The notes below the pieces were generated by a model that was not told the DNA's origin, did not search any database, and saw nothing but the letters and a program-made list of their open reading frames with translations. 64,000 bases of DNA from an uncultured Aliarcobacter sp. (GTDB lineage Bacteria > Campylobacterota > Campylobacteria > Campylobacterales > Arcobacteraceae): the NCBI GenBank assembly GCA_963677435.1, contig OY781945.1:416001-480000 (forward strand), written 5' to 3'. A program made the translations under genes and the position numbers. Numbering within the stretch: the first letter of the stretch is position 1; the number at the start of each line of letters is the position of its first letter. This document shows positions 40,569 to 51,673 of the stretch, piece after piece.

Positions 40569-40922
40569 ATGATTTTTATTGGACTTTTTTTATTTATTAC
40601 AATTGTAGTGATATCTTTAAATATGTATAATCAATCAAACTTGAATTATATTAAAGATTATTTACAAAAAATTAACTGTGAAGAATATATCTATTCACAA
40701 GGTTCTTACAAGGCTTTTTGTGGTGATTCTTTTATAGAAGTAAAAAATAGTTTTAAAGTAAATATAGATGAAAATTCAACTATATTTAAATATAAAGATA
40801 TAAATAATATAAAAATTAATAATCTTAATTTAGTTATTAATGACACCCATAAAATTACTTTTAAAGAAAAAGAAAATTTGGATAAATTTTATAAAAAAAT
40901 ATCAGAAAAAATAAAAAATTAG
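40569..40922 (+). CDS. Hypothetical membrane-anchored protein
   Basis: GGAG SD; N-terminal hydrophobic helix; two Cys. Confidence 0.7.
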   Translation: MIFIGLFLFITIVVISLNMYNQSNLNYIKDYLQKINCEEYIYSQGSYKAFCGDSFIEVKNSFKVNIDENSTIFKYKDINNIKINNLNLVINDTHKITFKEKENLDKFYKKISEKIKN

Positions 40923-40937
40923 GATAAATAAGTAAGA

Positions 40938-42671
40938 ATGAAAGAAGTAATTAATTTTATAAAAGCGCAAAATGTTGAGTCGACGAATTTTTTTGCACAG
41001 CTAAAATGTTCTGTTGAAGAGGCTAAAATTTTACAATATTTATCAAAAGAGTATGTAAATGGTAGGGATACTTTAGGAGTTATTGATGTTTTAGGTGAAT
41101 TTTATGATTTAAAAACATATAAACATTTAGAAAAACTTGATTTAATTAAATCTCTTTTAGAGTTTGGTTGGTTAGTGCAAGTTTCATTTGATCAAGTAAA
41201 ACTAAGTGAAGTTTCTAAACTTGAACTTATAAATTCAAGTGTTTCTCTTTCAAGTGCATATTTGAAAATGTTAGAAAATGGTAGTAATGATTTTGTTCTT
41301 CCAGAGATTAAAAATTATAGTGACCATTTAGAATATTTACAAGATCAGTTTTTTAGAATAGATTTAGCTCAACAATTAAATGTGGTTAGAAAAAACTTTG
41401 ATGTTAATAGTCCTAGTTCAAATAGATTAAAATCAAAATTAATTTTATTAGAAAATAGAATTAAAGAGCGAATCAAAGTTACAAGTAATTCTATTATGCT
41501 TGAAGACTTTTTCAAAAGTAATGATTTAAATGAACAAGAACAAACTCTATTTTTAGCTTTATTAAAAGAGGAATATTCAGGTGGAGATGGAAGTTTAAGA
41601 GATATGAACTCTTTAATTGAATTAATCTCAAGTGATGATTATGAAAAAATCAAATATAGAAGTTTACTTGAAGAAAGTTCAACTCTTGTTTCAAAAGCTT
41701 TGATTGATTATGATGAAGTTCTAACTCCATTTGGTGGAATTAATAGAAATTTTTATATTCCAGATGAGGTTTTATATAAAATTTCACATCCAACTAAAAA
41801 AAGCACAAATGTTGGAAAAATAAAATTAGACACAGTTATCAAAGAACAAGATATGTTTGAGCTTATCTCAACTACAAAAACTTTAGATGATGTAATTTTA
41901 AATGAAAAAACAAAAGAGACTTTAGATGCCCTTTTAAAACAAGTTGATAAAAATGTAATTAACAGATTAAAACAATGGGGAATTAAAGATAAAAAAAGAG
42001 GAATCGAAGCTAAAATCATTTTTTATGGAGTTGCAGGAACTGGAAAAACTTTAACTGCACTTGCTTTGGCAAAATCTCTTAAAAAAGATGTTCTAAGTTT
42101 TGACTGTTCAAAAATTTTATCAATGTATATTGGTGAGAGTGAAAAAAATGTTAGAAATATTTTTGATAAATATTATGACTTAAGAACTCAAACAAAATCA
42201 GAGCCAGTTTTACTTTTAAATGAAGCAGATCAATTTTTAAGTGCAAGGTCTTCAGGGGGAGCAAGTAGCAGTGATAAAATGCATAATCAAATGCAAAATA
42301 TCTTTTTAGAACAAATAGAAAGATTTGATGGAATCCTAATTGCAACTACAAATTTACTTGAAAATCTGGATAAGGCGTTTTCTAGAAGATTTAATTATAA
42401 AATTGAATTTGTAAAACCAAACAAAGCCCAAAGAATAGAACTTTGGAAAAAACTATTACCAGCAAATTTACCACTTGAAAAAGATTTTAATATTGAAGAA
42501 CTAGCTAGTTATGAGTTAACAGGTGGACAAATTGAGCTTGTAATTAAAAATACAGCTTACAAAATTGCTGTTAGTGATGAACCTTTATTTAAAATTGAGA
42601 ATTTTAAAGAGCAAATTACGAAAGAGCAAAAAGGACAATTTGATAGCGAAACAAAAGTAGGGTTTTTCTAA
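40938..42671 (+). CDS. AAA+ ATPase (Campylobacterota conserved family)
   Basis: GVAGTGKT Walker A, LLLNEAD Walker B variant, ATTN, LDKAFSRRF SRH, C-terminal VGFF. Confidence 0.9.
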   Translation: MKEVINFIKAQNVESTNFFAQLKCSVEEAKILQYLSKEYVNGRDTLGVIDVLGEFYDLKTYKHLEKLDLIKSLLEFGWLVQVSFDQVKLSEVSKLELINSSVSLSSAYLKMLENGSNDFVLPEIKNYSDHLEYLQDQFFRIDLAQQLNVVRKNFDVNSPSSNRLKSKLILLENRIKERIKVTSNSIMLEDFFKSNDLNEQEQTLFLALLKEEYSGGDGSLRDMNSLIELISSDDYEKIKYRSLLEESSTLVSKALIDYDEVLTPFGGINRNFYIPDEVLYKISHPTKKSTNVGKIKLDTVIKEQDMFELISTTKTLDDVILNEKTKETLDALLKQVDKNVINRLKQWGIKDKKRGIEAKIIFYGVAGTGKTLTALALAKSLKKDVLSFDCSKILSMYIGESEKNVRNIFDKYYDLRTQTKSEPVLLLNEADQFLSARSSGGASSSDKMHNQMQNIFLEQIERFDGILIATTNLLENLDKAFSRRFNYKIEFVKPNKAQRIELWKKLLPANLPLEKDFNIEELASYELTGGQIELVIKNTAYKIAVSDEPLFKIENFKEQITKEQKGQFDSETKVGFF

Positions 42672-42682
42672 AAACTACTTTT
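42653..42682 (+). terminator. Terminator overlapping the AAA ATPase stop
   Basis: AAAAGTAG...CTACTTTT hairpin then CGTTTT. Confidence 0.65.
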
Positions 42683-42978
42683 CGTTTTAAAATTATTTTT
42701 CCGATTTATAAATATATTTCATATATATTTCATATTTTAAAGATAATATTTAAATTTAAGAAAATAGCGCTTAATACGCTGGGCTTTTAAGTATAGATAT
42801 ATTGTTTCCTTTTGTACCAATTTCATTATTATCCTTAGAAAAAGATTAAATTATAAGCTAATTTTTATCAGGTTACAATATTATTGCGTACATTATGAAT
42901 AAGTGGCTATTTATCACAAATTAGATATTATATTTGTAGATTGAAATAAACTTTTTTAGCTTTAAAAGGATAGATTTG

Positions 42979-43368
42979 ATGACACATATGGAATTTGCAC
43001 ATCCCTACTTTGGTGCATTTGTGATGTTTATTGTAACATTTGGTGCATTTGGCGCTACAGTATGGCTTTCAAGATATGTAAGTAGAAAAATTGCAAGACT
43101 TGATACTGAAAAATTAAAAACTACTCTATACGAATGTGGACCAGAGGTTACTAAACAACCCAACAGCATTTCAACACAATTTTATTTAACAGCATTATTA
43201 TTTATTCTATTTGATGTAGAAATAATATTTATGTTTCCTTGGGCAATTAATTTTAAAATATTAGGTTGGTTTGGGTTTATTGAAATGATATTATTTATTA
43301 CATTATTAGCTATTGGATTTTTATACGCATGGAAAAAAGGAGGTCTTGAGTGGCACAGCATAAAATAA
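42979..43368 (+). CDS. nuoA: NADH-quinone oxidoreductase subunit A
   Basis: [20 protein letters not shown]. Confidence 0.96.
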   Translation: MTHMEFAHPYFGAFVMFIVTFGAFGATVWLSRYVSRKIARLDTEKLKTTLYECGPEVTKQPNSISTQFYLTALLFILFDVEIIFMFPWAINFKILGWFGFIEMILFITLLAIGFLYAWKKGGLEWHSIK

Positions 43369-43859
43369 ATTATTTACAAGATAATGGGGTTGCTGTTAAA
43401 TTAACAACTATTGATAAGTTAGTTAATTTTGGTCGTTCTAACTCTTTATGGCCGATGACTTATGGTTTGGCCTGTTGCGCCATTGAGATGATGGCAACCG
43501 GCGCATCTCGATATGATTTTGATAGGTTTGGTACAATTTTTAGAGCAAGTCCAAGACAGTCTGATGTTTTGATAATAGCAGGAACTCTTACTAAAAAACA
43601 TGCAGAGTTTATGAGAAGATTATATGATCAAATGCCCGATCCTAAATGGGTAATTTCTATGGGTAGCTGTGCAAATACAGGTGGAATGTTCAACACTTAC
43701 GCAACTGTTCAAGGTGCTGATAGAATTATTCCTGTTGATATTTATTTACCTGGTTGTGCTCCAAGACCAGAAACTTTACAATATGCCCTTATGACACTTC
43801 AGCAAAAAATCAGAAAAGAGTCTATTTTTAGAGCTCACAAGAAGAAGAGGTTAGTATAA
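43350..43859 (+). CDS. nuoB: NADH-quinone oxidoreductase subunit B
   Basis: [31 protein letters not shown]. Confidence 0.97.
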   Translation: MAQHKINYLQDNGVAVKLTTIDKLVNFGRSNSLWPMTYGLACCAIEMMATGASRYDFDRFGTIFRASPRQSDVLIIAGTLTKKHAEFMRRLYDQMPDPKWVISMGSCANTGGMFNTYATVQGADRIIPVDIYLPGCAPRPETLQYALMTLQQKIRKESIFRAHKKKRLV

Positions 43860-44662
43860 TGAGAAAATATACACCAAAAAATAGCGTTCAAAAAGAGGCT
43901 TATTTTTCTGATAGATTTTTTGTATCTCCTAATGTTCCTAGATATGAAATAAATTCAGATGAAATTTTTTCAAAAGATTTCCAAAAAATATCAAATCTTA
44001 TAAATATTAAAGATGCTTACATCGAACATACTCATTTAGTTCTGCATATAAATAAAAATTCAATTATTGAAGCCATGATTTTTTTAAAAAATGAACTAGA
44101 ATATGATATGTTAATTGAATTATCTGCAATTGATTATTTAGCTGCACGAGATGGTTATGAAATTTTTTATGAAATGTTATCAATGTCAAAACATAAAAGA
44201 TTAAGAGTTAAATGTTTTTTGCAAAAAGATGAATCAATAGAATCTGTAACTTCAATTTTTAAATCAGCTAACTGGTCAGAGAGAGAAATGTATGATATGT
44301 TAGGTGTAAAAGTAGCAAATCATCCAAACTTAAAAAGAATTATTATGCCAGATGATTGGTATGACCATCCATTGAAAAAAACATATCCACTTCAAGGAGA
44401 TGAAGCAGCTTCTTGGTATGAAGTTGACAAAATTTTTGGAAAAGAAGCTAGAGATATTATAGGCCCTGAACAAAGAGACCCAGCAGCAATTGATAGATAT
44501 GATACTACAAGATTTGCAAGACTTGGTCATGAAGTTCCTTTTGATACAGATATTTCTCAGTTTGAACCTGAAACAAATATTTCTTATCAAGAAGAAGATA
44601 TTTCAAAAATTATGAAAAAACTAAAACCTGAAGAATCAGTCGTTTTAAAAAGAAGAAGGTAG
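43859..44662 (+). CDS. nuoC: NADH-quinone oxidoreductase subunit C
   Basis: [28 protein letters not shown]. Confidence 0.95.
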   Translation: MRKYTPKNSVQKEAYFSDRFFVSPNVPRYEINSDEIFSKDFQKISNLINIKDAYIEHTHLVLHINKNSIIEAMIFLKNELEYDMLIELSAIDYLAARDGYEIFYEMLSMSKHKRLRVKCFLQKDESIESVTSIFKSANWSEREMYDMLGVKVANHPNLKRIIMPDDWYDHPLKKTYPLQGDEAASWYEVDKIFGKEARDIIGPEQRDPAAIDRYDTTRFARLGHEVPFDTDISQFEPETNISYQEEDISKIMKKLKPEESVVLKRRR

Positions 44663-44667
44663 AAAAT

Positions 44668-45894
44668 ATGCAACAACCAAATAGACTAAAACCTTTTTTT
44701 GAAAACATTCACTTTGAGCGTGATGATAATACGATGATGGTGAACTTCGGTCCTCAGCACCCTTCTGCTCATGGTCAATTAAGACTTATTTTAGAGCTTC
44801 AAGGTGAGGAAGTTGTAAAATCAAGACCAATGATTGGATACCTTCACAGAGGTATGGAAAAAATGGCTGAGAATATGATTTATAATGAATTCTTACCAAC
44901 AACAGATAGAATGGATTATATCGCTGCAACTTCAAATAACTATGGTTATGCCTTAGCAATTGAGCAACTTTTAGGAATTGAAGCTCCAAGACGAGCAGAG
45001 ATTATTAGAACTATGCTTTTAGAACTAAATAGAATCACTTCACACCTTTTTTGGTTAGCTACTCACGCCCTTGATGTTGGTGCAATGTCAATGTTCCTTT
45101 ACTGTTTTAGAGAAAGAGAATATGCAATGGACTTAATTGAAGATTATTGTGGAGCTAGACTTACTCATAGTGCTGTACGAATCGGTGGAGTTCCTTTAGA
45201 CTTACCTGATAATTGGATAGCTGATTGTTTATCATTTCTAGATGTATTAGAAACAGAGTTAAAGACTTATGAAGGGCTTTTAACTGAAAATAGAATCTGG
45301 AAAATGAGACTTGAAAATGTTGGAGTTATAACACCTGAAATGGCAAAAGAATGGGGTTGTTCAGGAATTGTTTTAAGAGGTTGTGGAATTAAATGGGATT
45401 TAAGAAAAGAGATGCCATATGGTATCTATCCTGAACTTGATTTTGATGTTCCAGTTTCTTATACTAATGATTCTTATGGAAGATACAAAATTTGTATTGC
45501 TGAAATGAGAGAATCTTCAAAAATTTTAAAACAATTAGCCCCTATGTATGAAGAATCAGATACTCAACTTATGGCACACGCTCCAAATTATATCTCAGCT
45601 CCTAAAGAGCAAATTATGACTCAAAACTACTCTTTAATGCAACACTTTGTTTTAGTAACTCAAGGTATGAGACCACCCGTTGGTGAAGTTTATGTGGCAA
45701 CAGAATCTCCAAAAGGAGAATTAGGTTATTTTGTAGTAAGTGATGGAAGTCCATATGCTTATAGAATGAAACTAAGAACTCCTAGTTTCCAACACACAGC
45801 AATTTTAGAAGAGTTATTAGTTGGTTGCCAATTGGCGGATGTGGTTACTATTATTGGTAATCTTAATATAGTTTTTGGTGAGATTGACAGATGA
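44668..45894 (+). CDS. nuoD: NADH-quinone oxidoreductase subunit D
   Basis: [34 protein letters not shown]. Confidence 0.97.
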   Translation: MQQPNRLKPFFENIHFERDDNTMMVNFGPQHPSAHGQLRLILELQGEEVVKSRPMIGYLHRGMEKMAENMIYNEFLPTTDRMDYIAATSNNYGYALAIEQLLGIEAPRRAEIIRTMLLELNRITSHLFWLATHALDVGAMSMFLYCFREREYAMDLIEDYCGARLTHSAVRIGGVPLDLPDNWIADCLSFLDVLETELKTYEGLLTENRIWKMRLENVGVITPEMAKEWGCSGIVLRGCGIKWDLRKEMPYGIYPELDFDVPVSYTNDSYGRYKICIAEMRESSKILKQLAPMYEESDTQLMAHAPNYISAPKEQIMTQNYSLMQHFVLVTQGMRPPVGEVYVATESPKGELGYFVVSDGSPYAYRMKLRTPSFQHTAILEELLVGCQLADVVTIIGNLNIVFGEIDR

Positions 45895-46193
45895 AAAGAT
45901 TTGATTTAAGACACTTAAAAAATGACTTCTATACTAGAATGTTAGAGTTAATGGATAAACAAATTGCTCCTGAAGAAACAGCAATTATTATGTTTGAAAT
46001 TGGAGATTTTTCTAATATTCAAAAATCAGCAGATGTGATTCATGAAGCTGGTTATACATTGATGAACTCAATTAAGTTTAATGAAGTAGATTGGACATTA
46101 GTAGTAAAAAAAGTAAAACCAGAACCAGCGCAGAGCGAACATCAGGATGATGAGAGAAAAGCTGTGGCTGAAGAAAGCGCAAAAGATGAATAA
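45891..46193 (+). CDS. Epsilon-specific complex I subunit in the NuoE position (no Fe-S Cys)
   Basis: [27 protein letters not shown]; no cysteines. Confidence 0.85.
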   Translation: MKRFDLRHLKNDFYTRMLELMDKQIAPEETAIIMFEIGDFSNIQKSADVIHEAGYTLMNSIKFNEVDWTLVVKKVKPEPAQSEHQDDERKAVAEESAKDE

Positions 46194-46983
46194 AATGCAA
46201 GTAATATTAAATAGTGATTTTATTATCACTTTTGGAACTTTCATTGAAGATGAATCACTTAATGATGCCATTTTAGAAGCTATCAATAAGAATGATGCAA
46301 AATTTGTTTATATGCATCCAATAGACAATACAAATTTGAAACTTTTTTATTCTCAGTTAATTAAATATGAAGTTGGTAGTGAAGAGGGGATTTGTGCTTT
46401 ACTATTAAATTGTTTTACTTCAAATTGTGATGAAAAAACTAAAAACTTTTTAGATGAATTAGACTTAGGTTATATAAGTGCTGAAAGTAGTGCAGGGGAA
46501 GAAGAGTTTGAAGAGGCTTTTGAAAACTCAAAAGAAGCAAAAGTTAAAACATTAATTATTGGAAATGATTTAGTAAATCACGATAGAGTAGAAAATATTG
46601 TTAAATTATTGGCAATATTAAAAAAATATTCAGATTTTAATTTAGTTGTTCTAAATGAAGAATTAGCACAAAAAATAGATTCTTGTACAGATTTTGATTT
46701 AGAAGAGTTAGAAGAATTAAAATCGTTTAATGGAACATTGGTTTATAAATTAATAGATGAAAAAAATGATGAATTAATAACAAGTCAGACTTTTGCAAAT
46801 ATAGCAAAGGTATCAAATGGTAATGAAGTTTTCATAATATCAAAAAACGAAAAAATAAAAAGAGTATTAAAAATTGATGATGACTTACAAGGGACAATTG
46901 CAATTCTAAAAACAAAAAATAATGAAGATATTTTTAGTGGATATAGATATAAACAAGTAAAAATTGAAAAGGTTGAAGCGTAA
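46186..46983 (+). CDS. Epsilon-specific complex I subunit in the NuoF position; NuoG C-terminal paralog
   Basis: Lies between the nuoE-like gene and nuoG; no FMN/NADH or N3 motifs; ATG at 46186 overlaps the upstream stop. Confidence 0.8.
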   Translation: MNKMQVILNSDFIITFGTFIEDESLNDAILEAINKNDAKFVYMHPIDNTNLKLFYSQLIKYEVGSEEGICALLLNCFTSNCDEKTKNFLDELDLGYISAESSAGEEEFEEAFENSKEAKVKTLIIGNDLVNHDRVENIVKLLAILKKYSDFNLVVLNEELAQKIDSCTDFDLEELEELKSFNGTLVYKLIDEKNDELITSQTFANIAKVSNGNEVFIISKNEKIKRVLKIDDDLQGTIAILKTKNNEDIFSGYRYKQVKIEKVEA

Positions 46984-49457
46984 TGAGTGAGATGATTACA
47001 TTAACTATTGATGGTAAAAGTGTTCAAGCCAAAGATGGTGAATCAATTTTAAATGTGGCAAGGGCAAATGATGTGTTTGTTCCTGCTGTTTGTTATTTAA
47101 CAAGATGTTCACCAACCCTTGCCTGTAGATTGTGTTTAGTTGAGGCAGATGGAAAACAAGTATATGGTTGTAATACAAAAGTTAAACCAGATATGAATAT
47201 TTCAACAAACACAGAAAATATCGAAAAAGAGCGACGAGCAATAATGGAAGTTTACGATGTAAACCATCCTTTACAATGTGGTGTTTGTGACCAAAGTGGT
47301 GAGTGTGAATTACAAAACTATTCTTTATATATGAAAGTTGATTCTCAAAGCTTTAGTATAAAAGATATTCACAGACCAACTGCTCATTGGGGAGTTATGA
47401 ATTATGATCCAGCTTTATGTATCGTTTGTGAAAGATGTGTAACTGTATGCGAAGATATGGTAGGCTCAAAAGCACTTAGTACTGTAAAAAGAGATTCTGA
47501 TAATATTGATAAAGTATTTAAAGATGAAATGCCAAAAGATGCTTATGCTATGTGGAATAAACTTAATAAATCACTAATTGGTTATGATGCTGATGCCTGT
47601 ACAAACTGTGGAGAGTGTATTTCTGCCTGTCCCGTTGGAGCTTTAGTTTCTCATGATTTCCAATATACTTCAAATGCTTGGGAACTTAAAAAAATACCTG
47701 CAGCTAATCCTCACTCTAGTGATTGTGCTTTTCTGTATTATGAAATTAAACATGAATCAATAGATAATCACGCAAACAAAAAAATCTATAGAGTTACAAA
47801 TGAACCACATTATTCAACTGTAAATGGTGCAGGAAGATTTGCTTATGACTTTGAAAACAAAGTTCAATCAAAAGATAAAGATGCTTTTGCAAAAGCACTT
47901 GAAGCCTTTAAAAAAGCAAAAAATATCAAATTTAATTCTTTCATAACAAATGAAGAAGCATTGATTTTACAAAAAATTGCTCAAAAGATGGGAGCAAATC
48001 TTGTAAATGAAGATGCAAGAAGATACCAAGAATTTTTAAGAAATTTTTCTAAAACTTCAGGAAAATCACTTTATTCTTCAAAATTAGCAGATGTACATAA
48101 CTCAAACTTTGTAATTTCTGTTGGTTCATATTTAAAATCAGATTTACCAAATGCAAGATATGCCTTTAATAACTCAGTTTCTATGAATAAAGGAAGTGGA
48201 TTATATTTTCATCCAATAGCAGATCCAATTATGGAAAAAATTGGTAAAAAAGGTAAAACTACAGAGTTTATATACCATGATGCGATGGTTGAAGAATCAA
48301 TTTTATATTTTATATTATATAAATTTGCACAAGATTTACCAACTGAGGTTCAAGCTTACATTGATTCACAAAAAGAGACAAGAGTTAAAACTTTAACAGA
48401 AGTTGTAAAAGAGAATGTTGTAGAAATTGTAAAAGATGAAGCAACTGGTGAAGAGAAAGAAGTTAAAAAAGTAGTTTCAAAAAATGTTTCAAAAGAAGTT
48501 TCTTATGAATATATTTCATTTTTAGCTGATTTTGGAAAAGATGAAACATTTGTAGATTTAATAGATGAAATGTTAGCAAAAAAAGATACTTTCTCTTTAA
48601 TAGTAGGAGAAGATTTAATCACTCATCCAAATGCTGAAAATCTTGCAAAACTTTGTGGTTTAGTTGATAAACATACAGCTTTTGATGTAGTAATTATTCC
48701 TTCTCAAACTAACACATTAGGTGTTGCACAAATCTGTACACTTTCAAATGAAGTTGAAGGATTTAGTGTAGGTTACAACATGAAAGCAGATTTTGAATTA
48801 TCAGCTTTAGGTGATGGACATTTAGATATTCCAGCTCTTAATCAACAAGAAGGAACTTTTACAAATATAGATAAAAAAGTGATTCCTACAAATGCTGCTT
48901 TAGGCTTTAATGGATATACCTTAAATGAAATTGCAAATGAACTTTTAAATGATGATGTTGAATATACAATAGAATACACAGCAAAACTTCCAATTGAAAA
49001 AGGTTATGAAACTATCTCTTTTGATGATTTACCAAATAGATTTGGAAATGACCAAGTAGAATATAGAGGTTATGAGTTAAGAGTAAATGATACTTTAACT
49101 CAAGATACAACAAAACAAATTGATGTAGAAAAAATCTCTTTAACAAATGATGAGATTTTAATTTATAAAGCAAATCCAATTAATCAATTTAATGAATTCA
49201 CAGCAATTAGCCATGAGTTTAAAGAAAATTTACAAGATGGGATATTCTTCTCAAAAGCTTTGTTTGAAAAACTTCAATTAGCTGAAGGTGATAAAGTAAA
49301 AGTAAATGCAAATAATCAAGAGTTAGTATTAAATGCTTTTGTTGACATTCAAATTGATGGAGATATTCCTTATGTATCAACATTTATGAAAAATAGTGCA
49401 TCAAATGCTTTATTTAATACTTATAGATTTAATAAAGCAAAAGTGGTAAAGGCATAG
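46983..49457 (+). CDS. nuoG: NADH-quinone oxidoreductase subunit G
   Basis: PAVCY..ACRLCLVE, HPLQCGVCDQSGECELQ, CIVCERCVTVC, CTNCGECISACP. Confidence 0.96.
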   Translation: MSEMITLTIDGKSVQAKDGESILNVARANDVFVPAVCYLTRCSPTLACRLCLVEADGKQVYGCNTKVKPDMNISTNTENIEKERRAIMEVYDVNHPLQCGVCDQSGECELQNYSLYMKVDSQSFSIKDIHRPTAHWGVMNYDPALCIVCERCVTVCEDMVGSKALSTVKRDSDNIDKVFKDEMPKDAYAMWNKLNKSLIGYDADACTNCGECISACPVGALVSHDFQYTSNAWELKKIPAANPHSSDCAFLYYEIKHESIDNHANKKIYRVTNEPHYSTVNGAGRFAYDFENKVQSKDKDAFAKALEAFKKAKNIKFNSFITNEEALILQKIAQKMGANLVNEDARRYQEFLRNFSKTSGKSLYSSKLADVHNSNFVISVGSYLKSDLPNARYAFNNSVSMNKGSGLYFHPIADPIMEKIGKKGKTTEFIYHDAMVEESILYFILYKFAQDLPTEVQAYIDSQKETRVKTLTEVVKENVVEIVKDEATGEEKEVKKVVSKNVSKEVSYEYISFLADFGKDETFVDLIDEMLAKKDTFSLIVGEDLITHPNAENLAKLCGLVDKHTAFDVVIIPSQTNTLGVAQICTLSNEVEGFSVGYNMKADFELSALGDGHLDIPALNQQEGTFTNIDKKVIPTNAALGFNGYTLNEIANELLNDDVEYTIEYTAKLPIEKGYETISFDDLPNRFGNDQVEYRGYELRVNDTLTQDTTKQIDVEKISLTNDEILIYKANPINQFNEFTAISHEFKENLQDGIFFSKALFEKLQLAEGDKVKVNANNQELVLNAFVDIQIDGDIPYVSTFMKNSASNALFNTYRFNKAKVVKA

Positions 49458-49458
49458 T

Positions 49459-50451
49459 ATGGAAACAAGTATCATATTAGAAACAGTAATCAAAGTAGTT
49501 GTTGTTTTAGCAGTTTTTTCTGCCCTTGCTGGATTTACAACTTATATTGAAAGAAAAGTTTTAGCATTTATGCAAAGAAGATTAGGACCAACTAATGTAG
49601 GGCCTTATGGATTATTACAAATTGCAGCTGATGGGATTAAACTATTTTGTAAAGAAGATTTCATTCCCGCAAATGCAAATAAACCAATTTTTATGGTGGC
49701 ACCTTTAATCACAGCTGCAACTGCTTTTATTGCAATGAGTGCAGTTCCTTTTTTACCAGAATTTGAAATGTTTGGATATACAGTTAGACCAATTATTAGT
49801 GACATTAATGTGGGTGTTTTATTTGTAATGTCAGTGGGTGCTGTTGGACTTTATGGACCATTACTTGGAGGAATGAGTAGTGCAAATAAATGGGCATTAC
49901 TAGGAGGTGCAAGAACTGCAATTCAACTTTTATCTTATGAAGTAGTTTCAGGACTTTCACTTTTAGCTCCACTTATGATGGTTGGAAGTTTATCTTTAAT
50001 TGACATTAACAACTATCAATCAGGTGGAATAACTGACTGGATTATTTGGTCTCAACCTTTAGCTTTTATCTTATTTACAATTGCTGGATTTGCAGAGACA
50101 AATAGAACTCCATTTGACTTACTTGAGCATGAAGCAGAATTAGTTGCTGGTTATGCAACAGAGTATTCAGGTATGAGATGGGGGATGTTCTTTATTGGAG
50201 AGTATGCTAACCTTTTTACAATTTCATTTTTAATTACACTTATCTTTTTGGGTGGATTTAATGATTTATGGTTTATCCCAGGTGGATTAGCAATTGTATT
50301 AAAAGTTATGGCTTTGATTTTTGTTTTTTTATGGACAAGAGCTTCTTGGCCTCATATTAGACCTGATCAATTAATGTGGTTATGTTGGAAAATATTAATG
50401 CCACTTGCAGTACTAAATATTTTAGTTACTGGCTTTGTGATGATGTTTTAG
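49459..50451 (+). CDS. nuoH: NADH-quinone oxidoreductase subunit H
   Basis: ERKVLAFMQRRLGP, AETNRTPFDL.E.EAELVAG. Confidence 0.97.
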   Translation: METSIILETVIKVVVVLAVFSALAGFTTYIERKVLAFMQRRLGPTNVGPYGLLQIAADGIKLFCKEDFIPANANKPIFMVAPLITAATAFIAMSAVPFLPEFEMFGYTVRPIISDINVGVLFVMSVGAVGLYGPLLGGMSSANKWALLGGARTAIQLLSYEVVSGLSLLAPLMMVGSLSLIDINNYQSGGITDWIIWSQPLAFILFTIAGFAETNRTPFDLLEHEAELVAGYATEYSGMRWGMFFIGEYANLFTISFLITLIFLGGFNDLWFIPGGLAIVLKVMALIFVFLWTRASWPHIRPDQLMWLCWKILMPLAVLNILVTGFVMMF

Positions 50452-50459
50452 GAGTTAAG

Positions 50460-51080
50460 ATGGAACTAAAAGATTTTAAAAATAGAAATGTATCAGATGG
50501 ATATGTAACAGTTCAAGAAGATAATTATCCTAAAACTTCTTGGGATATGTTTAAACAAGTATTATCAAGATCTGTAAAAGGTGAACTTTTTGTTGGTATG
50601 AGAATCACTTTTGGAATAATGTATAGAGCTTTATTCAAAGGTGAAATGGCAACAGTTCAATATCCAAAAGAAAAACTTCCAATAGGTCCAAGATATAGAG
50701 CGGTACATAAACTTCTAAGACTTTTAGAATCAGGTGAAGAGAGATGTATTGGTTGTGGACTTTGTGAAAAAATTTGTATTGCAAACTGTATTAGAATGGA
50801 AACTAAAATTGATGAAAATTCAAGAAAAGCAGTTACTGAATATACAATTAATATGGGAAGATGTATTTTCTGTGGTTACTGTGCTGAGGTTTGTCCAGAA
50901 CTAGCAATCGTTCATGGTGGAAGATATGAAAATTCAAGTGAACAAAGAGCACACTTTTCACTTAAAGAAGATATTTTAACTTCAATGAATGGCTTAGGTG
51001 TACAACTTGAATTTGATGGCTATGGTTCAGTATCTAAAGATGCAGATTCAAAAATTAAAAAAACACCATTATCATACTAA
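50460..51080 (+). CDS. nuoI: NADH-quinone oxidoreductase subunit I
   Basis: CIGCGLCEKIC, CIFCGYCAEVCP; ATG at 50460 after AGGAG SD. Confidence 0.96.
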   Translation: MELKDFKNRNVSDGYVTVQEDNYPKTSWDMFKQVLSRSVKGELFVGMRITFGIMYRALFKGEMATVQYPKEKLPIGPRYRAVHKLLRLLESGEERCIGCGLCEKICIANCIRMETKIDENSRKAVTEYTINMGRCIFCGYCAEVCPELAIVHGGRYENSSEQRAHFSLKEDILTSMNGLGVQLEFDGYGSVSKDADSKIKKTPLSY

Positions 51081-51091
51081 GAGGAGTCTAG

Positions 51092-51673
51092 ATGTTTGAA
51101 ATTATAGCTTTTATAATATTTTCCGTGTTAACTATTAGTATGTTTAGTATTACAGTTTTAACAAATAATGCTTTATATGCATTAAGTTCCCTAGCTGCTG
51201 GAATGATTTTTATCTCAGCATTTTTCTTTTTATTAAATGCAGATTTCCTCGGTGCCGTTCAAATTGTGGTTTATACAGGAGCAATTATGTCTTTATATGC
51301 TTTTGGAATGATGTTTTTTGACTCATTATCAGAAGTAAAAGAGAAAATTAAAAATCCAAGATTAGTATTTTTACTTTCAGGTTTATTAGCAGTTGTAATT
51401 GTAGTTGTATTATTAGCGCCTGTTATTGGACAAAACATAGAAGCAAATTATCCTATACATCCTGAGTATGGGAATTCAGCAGATGTGGGAATTGTACTGT
51501 TTACTAAATATCTGTTAGCTTTTGAATTAGCAGCCATTATGCTACTTGTTGCAATGGTTGGGGGACTAGTACTTGCAGGTAAAAAAATGAATGAATCATA
51601 TTCAGAAATGACAGAAGATGAAATAGATGAAAAAATCAGACTTGATGAAGCATCTGCAAAGGATAGTAAATGA
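51092..51673 (+). CDS. nuoJ: NADH-quinone oxidoreductase subunit J
   Basis: FLGAVQIVVYTGAI, FELAAIMLLVAMVG. Confidence 0.95.
   Translation: MFEIIAFIIFSVLTISMFSITVLTNNALYALSSLAAGMIFISAFFFLLNADFLGAVQIVVYTGAIMSLYAFGMMFFDSLSEVKEKIKNPRLVFLLSGLLAVVIVVVLLAPVIGQNIEANYPIHPEYGNSADVGIVLFTKYLLAFELAAIMLLVAMVGGLVLAGKKMNESYSEMTEDEIDEKIRLDEASAKDSK

Noticed and set aside
42902..42918. CRP/FNR-like site AGTGGCTATTTATCACA upstream of nuoA
   Set aside because: Poor left half-site and 7-nt rather than 6-nt spacer
50376..50459. Long nuoI N-terminal extension overlapping nuoH
   Set aside because: ATG at 50460 has an AGGAG SD and avoids a 76-nt overlap
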